A DNA stretch of 64,000 nt from a virus (IMGVR_UViG_2974655058_000001:7652-71651), one strand, 5' to 3'. Numbered from the stretch's first letter, positions 54,975 through 64,000 are shown. A program made the numbers and translations. The notes: generated from the sequence alone by a model not told the origin.

Positions 54975-55679
54975 ATGGCTGGTTCTCGCAGAAAGAAACA
55001 TATCCATGAAATCCCGGATGAAGTCTTTAAAAAGGTTATAGAGCATCTGGAGAACGGTGGTACTAAGAAAGCAGCATGTGAAATGCTCGGCGTATCATCC
55101 AATCCAACTATGGAAAGGATGATTGAAGAGTGGCAAGATCGCCAAATTCAAGTTGCCGAAATGAAGAAAAAGAAACGTGGCACACTCATTGAAGGCATTG
55201 AGTTAGCTAACGTTATTGAGCAGTATTTATCTGGTGATTCTTTTGAAGAAATTGCCGATCGTAATTATCGCTCTGTAGCAATGGTTAAATCTGTTCTGGA
55301 ACGATATGGTGCTCTACTTCGTTTGAATGATATTGTAGACCCATTGAATCCTCCGATTATTCCTGATGATGCTGTAGCAGAAGAATTTGCAGTTGGTGAG
55401 CTTGTTTGGGTTCCTGGATACCAGTGTATCGGTGAAATCAAAAAAGCAATGGATAATCCTGTTGGTTGCTACCGTGTATGGCTTCTATCAGAAGGCAAAC
55501 AACAGAACGTCCATTATATGAATTATGAATTAGCTTCTGTAAAGCATTTGGAAAAGCTAGGGGTAGACGTAAAATCTCTGGGATATAAATGGTCCCGGGA
55601 AGAAGTTATCACACTGATTAACGAAGCTGTTAAGGCCGCCCTGAAACTTGATAAAGAAAAAGGTAAACGTCGTGAGTAG
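54975..55679 (+). CDS. HTH DNA-binding protein (candidate early/late transcription regulator)
   Basis: GGTKKAACEMLGVSS helix-turn-helix. Confidence 0.55.
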   Translation: MAGSRRKKHIHEIPDEVFKKVIEHLENGGTKKAACEMLGVSSNPTMERMIEEWQDRQIQVAEMKKKKRGTLIEGIELANVIEQYLSGDSFEEIADRNYRSVAMVKSVLERYGALLRLNDIVDPLNPPIIPDDAVAEEFAVGELVWVPGYQCIGEIKKAMDNPVGCYRVWLLSEGKQQNVHYMNYELASVKHLEKLGVDVKSLGYKWSREEVITLINEAVKAALKLDKEKGKRRE

Positions 55680-55923
55680 ACTAACTGATTTACTTAAAGA
55701 TGGAGAAGTAAAAACGCTATATCGTAGAAGCTGGGATAACGATAATAACGGCTTAGTGTTACTAACTTTAGATGCTGACTCGGATGTAGCTACTCAGCAT
55801 ACCTGGGTAGCCGGTAACTATCCATATAGCGAGGTTGTTTCATTAACAGTATGCGAAGCTATTGCAGACGATTGGGAGGTTGCCAGCATTGATGATATGC
55901 TCGCTGTTGGCCTGGTGGAGTAA
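55648..55923 (+). CDS. hypothetical protein (alternative GTG start at 55672)
   Basis: ORF track. Confidence 0.45.
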   Translation: MIKKKVNVVSRLTDLLKDGEVKTLYRRSWDNDNNGLVLLTLDADSDVATQHTWVAGNYPYSEVVSLTVCEAIADDWEVASIDDMLAVGLVE

Positions 55924-56026
55924 CTACTTAAAAATTTCAGTTGCTTAATCCTACAATTCTTGATATAATATTCTCATAGTTTGAAAGAACTATTCTGTTT
56001 AATTCTTAATTAAGGAAATATAAAAT

Positions 56027-56437
56027 ATGACTACTCCAACTCAGTGGACTGATGAACTGTTCGAAAAAATGTCTTCCGAATACGTTGCTCGTATGGAGCA
56101 ATTCCCAGAGGATGAACGTCCGGGTGTTAGCATGGAAATTGTTAGTGAAATTGCCCAGGAAAATGGTGTAACTCCGAACGGTTTTCGTATGAAGCTGACT
56201 AAAGCAGGTGTGTATATCAAGAAAGCTGCTGGCTCTGCTTCTAAATCTAGCGCATCTACTGGAGAAAAAGCTTCCGGTGGTTCTCGTACCTCCAAAGCCC
56301 AGGCTCATGCTGACCTTCGTTCAGCGTTCTCTGATGCTGGCTTAGTACCAGATTTTCTGGATGATGCAATTATCGACAAACTGACCGGTAAAGCGGCTGC
56401 TCATCTGGCAGAAGCAATCCGAGCTATCACTAAGTAA
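56027..56437 (+). CDS. hypothetical protein
   Basis: ORF track; follows a promoter module. Confidence 0.55.
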   Translation: MTTPTQWTDELFEKMSSEYVARMEQFPEDERPGVSMEIVSEIAQENGVTPNGFRMKLTKAGVYIKKAAGSASKSSASTGEKASGGSRTSKAQAHADLRSAFSDAGLVPDFLDDAIIDKLTGKAAAHLAEAIRAITK

Positions 56438-56472
56438 TTTTAGATAAATCCACCACAAAAGGAACTATAGCT

Positions 56473-56769
56473 ATGACTAAAGCTGAAATTATTGCACAGT
56501 GCGAAAAATTTGGTGAGTTTTATCTTCATTACGAGAAACTTCGTCAGAAAGGAACCACGTACCTTCAGGGTACAATGGAATTTGATCCAGCCCAGGATAA
56601 ATATCTGGCTGAGCGTATTAAACGTGAACGTATTCGTAAAGCGAAAGATGATGAAATCCTTGTCTTCTCTCGTACTAATGATAGCTTCCGTTTTATTCCT
56701 GTCGAGAAAGTTCGTCGTGTGACTAGCCTCCAATCAGAGTTAGATCGTGCTTCTCCAGTAGGCCGATAA
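56473..56769 (+). CDS. hypothetical protein
   Basis: ORF track. Confidence 0.55.
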   Translation: MTKAEIIAQCEKFGEFYLHYEKLRQKGTTYLQGTMEFDPAQDKYLAERIKRERIRKAKDDEILVFSRTNDSFRFIPVEKVRRVTSLQSELDRASPVGR

Positions 56770-56779
56770 GAAAACAATT

Positions 56780-56803
56780 AGCCCCTATATGGGGCTTTTT
56801 GTG
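56780..56803 (+). terminator. rho-independent terminator
   Basis: AGCCCC-TATAT-GGGGCT followed by TTTTGTG. Confidence 0.6.
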
Positions 56804-56819
56804 TATTTGGGATATGTAA

Positions 56820-57128
56820 ATGAGCGAACAGGTAAATCAAAACTATGAAGGACACGTTGATGACCAGTCCATCATACTTTGGGAGAAGGAGGGGGAACAA
56901 GTAAGATTAACAGTATCTGAATTTCGTGGGAATCTATACATGGGTATTCGTTACTGGCTTCTTGATATTAATGATGAATGGTTTCCAACGAAATCTGGCT
57001 TCTCTTTTCCTTACACCCTAGAAACAACATCACAGCTTTTCTATGCGTTTACACAGATTCTTAGCGAATCTGAGGTTTTACATGAAGTACAGAAACGAGC
57101 TGAAGAACTCAAAGCCAAGAATGCCTAG
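56820..57128 (+). CDS. hypothetical protein
   Basis: ORF track; terminator hairpin GCCAAGAA...TTCTTGGC follows. Confidence 0.55.
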   Translation: MSEQVNQNYEGHVDDQSIILWEKEGEQVRLTVSEFRGNLYMGIRYWLLDINDEWFPTKSGFSFPYTLETTSQLFYAFTQILSESEVLHEVQKRAEELKAKNA

Positions 57129-57155
57129 TTCTTGGCTTTTTCTTTATAAATGTAT

Positions 57156-57184
57156 TTGCTTTCAACTCAGTTTTGTTATATAAT
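57156..57184 (+). promoter_or_regulatory. sigma70 early promoter module
   Basis: TTGCTT-17-TATAAT then ATTTATATAAATTGATGAGAG. Confidence 0.6.
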
Positions 57185-57215
57185 ATTTATATAAATTGAT
57201 GAGAGATATAAATAA

Positions 57216-58187
57216 ATGGCTAATGTAAAAGAATTTATTAAACGCTGTCAAGAAGCATATTATCAAGGCATGTCTTTAATCTCTGATGAAGAATATGATC
57301 GTCTTATTAAAAGATTCCCACTAGAGGAAGAGATCGGGCCTAAGGGTGATATCCCACATCTGTATCGTATGTATTCTTTACAGAAAGTTTATTATAATCG
57401 TGGAGATAAACCTCCGTTTAACCCATTAGGTCAGGTAGAAACTGATAAGTTAGATGGTTGTGCGATTTCTCTGTTATATATTAATGGTGAATTTGTTCAA
57501 GCATTAACTCGTGGTAATGGCATTCTAGGGAATGATGTCACAAGCAACGTAAGATTGCTGAACATCCCTAAAAAGATTTCCCAAAAAGTACCTACTCAAA
57601 TCACTGGTGAAGTTCTAATTACAAAAGAAGTAGAAAATAAACGTAACTTTGCCTCTGGTGCTATTAACCTCAAGGATAGCGATGATTTCGTACAACGTAT
57701 CGGGGAAGGTGGTTTAATCTTCGTTGCATATGGTATCCAGTGTTCTGCTGAATCTGTAGGTATTACAGAAGCGTATTTAAAAGATATGCTTTGGCTGGAG
57801 AATGAGAACTTCTTAACAGTTGTTAATGTGCGTTCCTTCTTTAAATGGATTCCGACTGACGGTAAAGTTGTTCGTATTAATGACAACAACAAATTCTTCC
57901 GTGAAGGCTGGACTAATAAATTCCCTCGTGGAGCATTCGCCATTAAAGAGGATGAAGAAGGCGAGATTACAACTCTTACTAAAGTTGAATGGCAGATAGG
58001 GGCTTCTGGTAAAGTAACTCCAGTCGGTTATTTTGAACCAGTAATTATTGATGATGCTACAATTGTTAAAGCGACTCTTAATAACGTTGATTATATTAAC
58101 TCTCTTGATCTAGAGATCGGTTGCCAGATTCGAGTGATTCGTGCTGGTGGTGTAATCCCGTGCATAGTAGAGCGAGTATACGATTAA
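57216..58187 (+). CDS. NAD-dependent DNA ligase, adenylation-domain subunit (split ligase, part A)
   Basis: LigA N-terminal domain with the KxDG motif (TDKLDGCAI). Confidence 0.8.
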   Translation: MANVKEFIKRCQEAYYQGMSLISDEEYDRLIKRFPLEEEIGPKGDIPHLYRMYSLQKVYYNRGDKPPFNPLGQVETDKLDGCAISLLYINGEFVQALTRGNGILGNDVTSNVRLLNIPKKISQKVPTQITGEVLITKEVENKRNFASGAINLKDSDDFVQRIGEGGLIFVAYGIQCSAESVGITEAYLKDMLWLENENFLTVVNVRSFFKWIPTDGKVVRINDNNKFFREGWTNKFPRGAFAIKEDEEGEITTLTKVEWQIGASGKVTPVGYFEPVIIDDATIVKATLNNVDYINSLDLEIGCQIRVIRAGGVIPCIVERVYD

Positions 58188-58240
58188 TACATAACCCTTT
58201 GCTACCCATCTACCATATCGGAATTATAAAGTGGTTATTG

Positions 58241-58270
58241 ACATTTTCGCCGCTTAGGTATATACTATTA
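58241..58270 (+). promoter_or_regulatory. sigma70 promoter in the ligase intersubunit gap
   Basis: TTGACA-17-TATACT. Confidence 0.5.
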
Positions 58271-58330
58271 TCATTCAGTTGAGGGATAGAAAGTTATGGC
58301 GAGGGTAAGCAAAGTTAGTTAAAATTGTAG

Positions 58331-58359
58331 TTGCTAAATGCTTAAATACTTGCTATAAT
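58331..58359 (+). promoter_or_regulatory. sigma70 early promoter module
   Basis: TTGCTA-17-TATAAT then ATTTATATAAATTGATAAGGAAG. Confidence 0.6.
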
Positions 58360-58386
58360 ATTTATATAAATTGATAAGGAAGAAAT

Positions 58387-59169
58387 TTGATGAAAATCGA
58401 AATTCCAACACAATGCCCCTCTTGTGGTTCTAAGCTAGATCTTGTCAACGGACAATTATTCTGTCGTAATAAGTCCAACTGTCCAGCGCAATCAAGTAAG
58501 TTAATTGAGAACTTCTGTACAAAAATGAAGCTAAAGGGCTTTGGCCCAAAAACTATTGAGAAGCTGGAGCTGACGAAGATTTCAGAACTATTTTACCTAA
58601 CCGAAGAAGATTTGGTTAGAGCCGTGGGTAGCAAGGTTGCCGCTAAGTTAATTAGCGAATTAAATACTAAAGTTCGCGGAGACATTGACTTTGGTTCAGT
58701 TCTCGGTTCTTTAGGAATCCCTCTAATTGGAGAGGTTGCAGCAAAGAAATTATCCCAAAATTGCACCAGTTTTCACGATGTGAAGGCTGATGGCAAAGCT
58801 GGAGAAAACTATAAAGCCTGGCTAAATTCCCCACAAGGCAAGGATGTTATCGAATTACCGTGGAAATTCACAACTGGTATTAAAGGTGCTAAAGCTGAGG
58901 TCATCATCACTGATGGTCTAGTAGCCCAACCAAATGGAATAACGGTATGTATTACCGGGTCTTTGCAAGATTTTGCAAATAGAACGGATGCAACAAATTA
59001 TTTAGAAGGTCTAGGGTATACTGTTAAAAAATCAGTTACCAAAGACGTTAAATACCTAATCTGTGAGGATGAATCGAAGCGTTCTTCCTCATCTTATAAG
59101 AAAGCCGAAACGAATGGGATAGAAATCCTGTCGATCAAAGAACTATTGGAGAAAAATAATAATGTCTAA
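58387..59169 (+). CDS. NAD-dependent DNA ligase, Zn-finger/HhH/BRCT subunit (split ligase, part B)
   Basis: CPSCGSKL...C Zn finger and HhH-like segments typical of the LigA C-terminal half. Confidence 0.75.
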   Translation: MMKIEIPTQCPSCGSKLDLVNGQLFCRNKSNCPAQSSKLIENFCTKMKLKGFGPKTIEKLELTKISELFYLTEEDLVRAVGSKVAAKLISELNTKVRGDIDFGSVLGSLGIPLIGEVAAKKLSQNCTSFHDVKADGKAGENYKAWLNSPQGKDVIELPWKFTTGIKGAKAEVIITDGLVAQPNGITVCITGSLQDFANRTDATNYLEGLGYTVKKSVTKDVKYLICEDESKRSSSSYKKAETNGIEILSIKELLEKNNNV

Positions 59170-59929
59170 ACTGAACTGGAACGTAGAAGGTGTAACCGAG
59201 TCTCTGAAAGCAAAAGCCACTGCTCTGGGTGTTGCTGTAATCTCTCAAGAACAAGTAGCGGCTATCGCTGCTGAACTGGCTGCTGAAACTGGCAAAGACG
59301 TTACCGCTCGCTCTGTTGGCTCTAAGCTGCGTAAAGAAGGTTTCGAAGTACAGAAAGCTAACGAAGTACAGAAATCCCCATGGACTCCTGAGCAGGAAGC
59401 TGAACTGGTTGATTTCCTGAACGCTCATGCTGGTCAGTATACTTATGCTGAAATTGCTGCTGCTGTAGCTGGTGGTCAGTTCGGGGCTAAACAGGTACAG
59501 GGTAAGATCCTGAGTCTGGAAATGACAGCATCTGTTAAACCAACTGAAAAAGCTGCTGCTGTTCGTTCCTTCACTCCGGATGAAGAAACTGACTTTGTTA
59601 ATCAGGTTGTTGCTGGGGCTACTATTGAAGCTATCGCTGCTCACTTTGGTCGTAATATCAAGCAGATCCGTGGTAAAGCTCTGAGTCTGCTTCGCGAAGG
59701 TCGTATCGCTGCTATGCCGGTACAGGAAACCTCAAGTGCTAAAACTCGTGAAGATCTGTTAGAAGGTCTGGATCTGGTTAACATGACTGTTGCTGAGATC
59801 GCTGAGAAAACTGGTAAATCTGAGCGCGGTGTTAAATCTATGCTGTCTCGTCGTGGTCTGGTTGCTAAGGACTATGATGGTGCCGCTAAGCGTGCTAAAC
59901 TGGATGCAAAAGCTGCGGCTGCTGAATAA
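59162..59929 (+). CDS. protein with three tandem sigma70-region-4-like HTH repeats; host-optimal codons
   Basis: repeats TYAEIAAAVAGG..KQVQGKILSL, TIEAIAAHFGRNIKQIRGKALSLL and TVAEIAEKTGKSERGVKSML. Confidence 0.6.
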   Translation: MSKLNWNVEGVTESLKAKATALGVAVISQEQVAAIAAELAAETGKDVTARSVGSKLRKEGFEVQKANEVQKSPWTPEQEAELVDFLNAHAGQYTYAEIAAAVAGGQFGAKQVQGKILSLEMTASVKPTEKAAAVRSFTPDEETDFVNQVVAGATIEAIAAHFGRNIKQIRGKALSLLREGRIAAMPVQETSSAKTREDLLEGLDLVNMTVAEIAEKTGKSERGVKSMLSRRGLVAKDYDGAAKRAKLDAKAAAAE

Positions 59930-59944
59930 TTAGAAGGCAGATAA

Positions 59945-59970
59945 GGAGAACTTCGGTTCTCCTTTCTTGT
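59945..59970 (+). terminator. rho-independent terminator
   Basis: GGAGAAC-TTCG-GTTCTCC followed by TTTCTTGT. Confidence 0.65.
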
Positions 59971-59988
59971 ATATTAGAAGGCTACATA

Positions 59989-60570
59989 ATGGGGGAGATT
60001 ACCCAGCAGTATCTTAAAACATTATTAAGATATGAGCCTGATACTGGAAATTTTTACTGGCTACCTAGAGAAAATAATCCTGCGTTCAATGCTAAGCACG
60101 CTAACAAACCTGCAGGCTATATGCATTCATCGGGCTACATTTATATAAAGATAACCTTAGAGTCAGGTATACAAAAATCTATGGGAGCACATAGGTGGGC
60201 CTTTCTATACATGGAAGGAGAAATTCCTGACAAGGTAGATCATAAAAATAGAATTAAAACTGATAATACTTGGAATAACTTACGTGAAGTTACTTCCTCT
60301 CAAAATTCCGCTAATAGCTTTATAGGTAACAAGCTAGGCATTCGTAATATAGAAGTAACAAAAAATAACACATTTAAAGTAACCATATCTAAAAACTCCA
60401 AAGTATTTAGAAAAACCCTAAAAACTCTAGGAGAAGCTCTGTGGTATAGAGATAAGCTGCTTTTAGCCCTGTATGGAGATTTCGCAGCTCTAGATGCTCT
60501 AGATATAGAGAGGGTTAAACCGCAGAATATAGCGGATAACTTTACAGAGGAGCTGCTAGATAATGTTTAA
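59989..60570 (+). CDS. HNH homing endonuclease (AP2/HNH_3-type), paralog 3
   Basis: HRWAFLYMEG...DHKNRIKTDN motif; lies between the ligase and helicase genes. Confidence 0.7.
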   Translation: MGEITQQYLKTLLRYEPDTGNFYWLPRENNPAFNAKHANKPAGYMHSSGYIYIKITLESGIQKSMGAHRWAFLYMEGEIPDKVDHKNRIKTDNTWNNLREVTSSQNSANSFIGNKLGIRNIEVTKNNTFKVTISKNSKVFRKTLKTLGEALWYRDKLLLALYGDFAALDALDIERVKPQNIADNFTEELLDNV

Positions 60571-62029
60571 CGTGCAAGCTGTAGTGTTGAAGATGCTTCT
60601 AGCTTCCGAACAGAAGCAAATAGCATTGGAAACATTCTCAAAACTGCATAAAGATCATTTTAATGACGCTTTCTCCTCAATTTACCAAGCCGTCCAGAAT
60701 TATTATAAAAAATATAACACAATGCCGTCCATTGACGCACTGATGCTTGAGGCTAATAGGAACGCCCGCCTTTCTCAAGCTCTAGTCGTTTTAGCTAACA
60801 CTCAAATTCCAGAAGTTAGCATGGAACAGGCACTTGAAGTCCTAGAGGCCGAGTATACACAGGACTTATTCCTGAAGCTTCTAGAAACAGACGTGCTTCA
60901 AGATTTAACAATGCTGGATCAGGGAGAAATTCTTAACCGAGTTGCCTCCCTTCACTTAAAATTAGAAGAGAAAGTAACGAATACTGGAAAAGTATTCAAC
61001 GCAGATAACATGCGTATTTTCCAGAGAGAAGAAGATACCAAACTGAACTTAATCGCTCTTGGTATTTGTAATGAGTTCGACGCTCAAATTGGTTTAGCTC
61101 GTACAGAAACGTTACTGCTTGGTGGTTGGCGTGGTACTGGTAAATCCATTATCTGTTCAAACATACAGGTTCAGCAATATTTGAATGGAGATATTGCTCC
61201 ATACTTCTCAATTGAGATGAAAGAACATGAAGTATTTAGACGTAATCTAGCCATGTTAGCTGGTGTATCAGCATTAGCAATGCGTAATAATACTCTAGAA
61301 GGTGCAGCTCTGTTGAGATTAGCCAGAACTAGAGCTAGAATGTTTAATGGTGGTGAAGAGCTTTTCGACAACTTCGTTAAACAGTACACAATGGCTAAGA
61401 TGAGTGATTTCTACGATATGGAAAGTAAGCTAATAGAAGGGTATGAACTACATACTCCTATGATTATTGTTTATGATCCTGAGCTGTCTATTACAACAGT
61501 TGACGTAGAATTAAATAAATTAGTTGCTAGATATGGGGATAAAGTTACAGTAGCTTTACTGGACTATATTAACCAAACCCGACTTCCAGACTCTAAAACC
61601 ATTGATATGTATGACTGGAAAGAACAGATGGTTGTTAGCTCGTCTTTCAAATCTATCTGCCAGAAACATAACGTGGCTGGTGTAGCTCCTTACCAGATTG
61701 ATCAAGATGGTAGAACACGTATGTCAAAGGGGATTCTTGATTCCGCAGACATGGCTGCTAATCTTAATGCTGCAAAAGCTGATAATGGTCAAGGTGCTAT
61801 TATGTTTGACTTCGTTAAGACTCGTTCTTCTGATAGTGTGAAGTTTATGCCTAAAATGAACTGGGAAACCCTGCGGATGGATAACACTACCAACCTAGCA
61901 ATGGAAGATATATCTCAAATGGAAGCTGAGTTCGTTATCCCTATTGAGAAGGATAAGCCGGCTCAATCTAAACGTGCTAAGAAAGACAAAGCTGAAAATT
62001 CAACAGGTGAACAGGCCAGCGATATATGA
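60563..62029 (+). CDS. DnaB-like replicative DNA helicase
   Basis: RecA-like core with Walker A GGWRGTGKS; the N-terminal domain is DnaB-like. Confidence 0.75.
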   Translation: MFNVQAVVLKMLLASEQKQIALETFSKLHKDHFNDAFSSIYQAVQNYYKKYNTMPSIDALMLEANRNARLSQALVVLANTQIPEVSMEQALEVLEAEYTQDLFLKLLETDVLQDLTMLDQGEILNRVASLHLKLEEKVTNTGKVFNADNMRIFQREEDTKLNLIALGICNEFDAQIGLARTETLLLGGWRGTGKSIICSNIQVQQYLNGDIAPYFSIEMKEHEVFRRNLAMLAGVSALAMRNNTLEGAALLRLARTRARMFNGGEELFDNFVKQYTMAKMSDFYDMESKLIEGYELHTPMIIVYDPELSITTVDVELNKLVARYGDKVTVALLDYINQTRLPDSKTIDMYDWKEQMVVSSSFKSICQKHNVAGVAPYQIDQDGRTRMSKGILDSADMAANLNAAKADNGQGAIMFDFVKTRSSDSVKFMPKMNWETLRMDNTTNLAMEDISQMEAEFVIPIEKDKPAQSKRAKKDKAENSTGEQASDI

Positions 62030-62559
62030 TAACACAGGAAAGGCTAAAAGAGTTATTTGATTACTCCCCAGAAACTGGGGAGTTTACTAGAAAAGTATCT
62101 AGAGGTAATCAGAAAGCTGGTAGTATAATAACCAGAAAAGACTCTAACGGTTATATAATTATTGGTATAGATGGCAAGGATTACAAAGCCCATCGGATGG
62201 CTTTTCTATTTATGGAAAATACATTGCCAGAAAAAGTAGACCATGTAAACAGAATACCTTTTGATAATAGGTGGTGTAATCTAAGAGACGCCACAGCTCA
62301 GGAAAATAGTAGAAATAAAACCGCATGTAGTAAGTCTGGATATTTGGGAGTTGCTTGGGATATCGAAAAACAAAGATGGAGAGTTCAAGTAAGAGACTCT
62401 AATAGCACTCTTAAAAATGGGGGCAGATTTAAGTATGAAGAGCTAGAGCTAGCTGTAAATTCAGCAAATATATTAAGGACTAAGTTACATGGAGAACGTG
62501 CTGTTATAGAAATTTTTGATACATCTAATTATCCTTCACTGGAGGAGTTAAATTCATGA
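62026..62559 (+). CDS. HNH homing endonuclease (AP2/HNH_3-type), paralog 4
   Basis: the MITQERLKEL..PETGEF N-terminus is nearly identical to paralogs 1 and 2. Confidence 0.75.
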   Translation: MITQERLKELFDYSPETGEFTRKVSRGNQKAGSIITRKDSNGYIIIGIDGKDYKAHRMAFLFMENTLPEKVDHVNRIPFDNRWCNLRDATAQENSRNKTACSKSGYLGVAWDIEKQRWRVQVRDSNSTLKNGGRFKYEELELAVNSANILRTKLHGERAVIEIFDTSNYPSLEELNS

Positions 62560-63446
62560 GTCGAATAACAGAATTACTTGATCTTAAGGGAATTGATTAT
62601 AAAGATACTGGTGGAGATATTTTAATCTGTTGTCTCAATCCAGATCATGATGATAAACACCCAAGTTTGCGTATTGACCCTGAAACAGGTATTATGCACT
62701 GCTTGAGTTGTGGCTTCGGTAAAGGTATACCGAGCATTTACCATTATTTTAATGAGACTCAGTACCGACAGTCCCCAAGACTATCGCAAGTACGTAAAAA
62801 GATTTCAGAGATTAGGAATGGATCAACGAATCTTGCAATTCCTGAATCTGCTTACCTTTTCGAAGGTGATTTCCGAGGCATAAGTTCTAAGACCTTGAAG
62901 AAATATTTTGCTTTCCAACACCAAGCAGACTGGGAAGGCAGAATTGTATTCCCAATCACAGATGCTGTTGGACGCAATATCCTATTTTTGGGTCGTTCTA
63001 TAAACAGTTCTGCCCCTCCTAAATACTTAGTAAAACCAAAACAAGTTTCACCGCCAATTTTTCCTGTACGATATAATACTCCGGTTCTTATTCTAGTTGA
63101 AGGCATCTTTGATATGCTGAACCTAGAGGATAATGGTATAGACTATGCTTCTTGCTGCTTTGGTACACATCAGTTTACTTCGGATAACATTGCAGATAAG
63201 TTCAGTCCTTATATTATTGCCGGTGTAAAAGTTGTTGTTATCCTACTAGATAATGATGCTTCCGGTAATAAAGCTGCGCAAGCACTGGCTAAACTAATCC
63301 GTACAAAAACGCGTTTAACGCCTGTAGTTGCTAACTTTCTTCTTCCTGAAGGTAAAGACCCTGGTGACTTAAATAAAGAAGAGATTGATATGTTAGCAAA
63401 ACGTATTGAAATTTTAGTTGCTGAATCGCTTAAAGATTTGGTATAA
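62556..63446 (+). CDS. DNA primase (CHC2 zinc finger plus TOPRIM)
   Basis: CCLNPDHDDKHPSLRID...HCLSCG Zn finger; TOPRIM VEGIFD...LDNDASG. Confidence 0.8.
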   Translation: MSRITELLDLKGIDYKDTGGDILICCLNPDHDDKHPSLRIDPETGIMHCLSCGFGKGIPSIYHYFNETQYRQSPRLSQVRKKISEIRNGSTNLAIPESAYLFEGDFRGISSKTLKKYFAFQHQADWEGRIVFPITDAVGRNILFLGRSINSSAPPKYLVKPKQVSPPIFPVRYNTPVLILVEGIFDMLNLEDNGIDYASCCFGTHQFTSDNIADKFSPYIIAGVKVVVILLDNDASGNKAAQALAKLIRTKTRLTPVVANFLLPEGKDPGDLNKEEIDMLAKRIEILVAESLKDLV

Positions 63447-63508
63447 TATAGTGGTAAGTTAGAGAAGAAACACTGAAGTTATACTTACTTACCAAGAGGA
63501 GATTAAAT

Positions 63509-64000
63509 TTGAAAATCGCAGTAGTTGATAAAGCTCTAAACAACACTCGTTATGATAAACATTTCCAGCTATACGGCGAGGAAGTTGATGTATTCCATAT
63601 GTGTAACGAGAAGTTGTCCGGTCGTTTGCTCAAAAAGCATATTACTATCGGGACTCCGGAAAACCCATTTGATCCGAATGATTATGATTTTGTTATACTG
63701 GTAGGTGCAGAACCTTTCCTGTACTTTGCAGGTAAGAAAGGTATTGGTGATTATACCGGTAAACGTGTAGAGTATAATGGATATGCTAACTGGATTGCGA
63801 GTATCAGCCCAGCCCAGTTACACTTTAAACCTGAAATGAAACCAGTTTTTGATGCAACAGTAGAGAATATCCACGATATTATTAATGGTCGTGAGAAGAT
63901 TGCAAAAGCTGGTGATTACCGTCCTATTACTGACCCTGATGAGGCAGAAGAATATATCAAGATGGTGTATAATATGGTTATCGGACCTGTCGCATTCGAC
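63509..64000 (+). CDS. 5' part of a large replication gene, probably the DNA polymerase N-terminal extension (partial, runs off the window)
   Basis: TTG start after a GGAG RBS; open to the window end; lies after the primase. Confidence 0.45.
   Translation, partial: MKIAVVDKALNNTRYDKHFQLYGEEVDVFHMCNEKLSGRLLKKHITIGTPENPFDPNDYDFVILVGAEPFLYFAGKKGIGDYTGKRVEYNGYANWIASISPAQLHFKPEMKPVFDATVENIHDIINGREKIAKAGDYRPITDPDEAEEYIKMVYNMVIGPVAFD

Noticed and set aside
57216-59169. Intron or intein inside the ligase
   Set aside because: The 200-nt gap carries promoters and an RBS but no group-I core elements or intein blocks; treated as two subunits, although an ancient insertion scar cannot be excluded.

Overview
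This window looks like part of a T5-like (Tequintavirus, Demerecviridae) coliphage genome. Positions 1-1130 carry five small plus-strand genes closed by a rho-independent terminator. Positions 1130-2850 are a 1.7-kb ORF-free region dense in regulatory motifs: a perfect LexA box, two DnaA boxes in an 18-bp direct repeat, about five AT-rich Fur-box-like repeats, eight GTGCAAATCCGAC iterons, and AACCGCC/CTAG repeats. It resembles the T5 injection-stop (first-step-transfer) locus at the end of the terminal repeat. Positions 2850-46040 are a minus-strand early region containing a holin / M15 endolysin / spanin lysis set, dNMP kinase, a ClpP-like protease, two metallophosphatases, thioredoxin and a GrcA-like glycyl-radical protein. 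The same block holds a cluster of about 25 tRNA genes with several tRNA-like RNAs, then a SPFH/band-7 protein, a GatB/YqeY protein, a SleB hydrolase, a receiver-like protein, a DEDDh exonuclease, RNase H, HNH endonucleases, thyA, DHFR, nrdB, nrdA and phoH. Positions 46400-64000 are a plus-strand block with nrdD, a Sir2-like protein, a HAD-like protein, a tandem paralog pair, a 929-aa UL9-like P-loop (origin-binding/helicase-like) protein, HTH proteins, a split NAD-dependent ligase, a DnaB-like helicase flanked by HNH endonucleases, the primase and the start of the DNA polymerase. About 20 copies of a conserved sigma70 promoter module (-35 TTGCTA/TTGCTT, 17 nt, TATAAT, ATAAATTGAGAGG leader) precede the genes; these resemble the classic T5 early promoters such as PN25. 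The most unusual element is a plus-strand three-gene cassette at 29.7-31.4 kb embedded antisense in the tRNA region, with its own consensus sigma70 promoter and bidirectional terminators. It encodes a G/A/Q-rich membrane-like protein, a Q/N-rich prion-like protein and a CC-repeat cysteine peptide, and sits next to the SPFH protein gene. Two 120-140-nt tRNA-like RNAs with perfectly complementary termini, and tRNAs whose anticodon and structural class are mismatched, are also notable.
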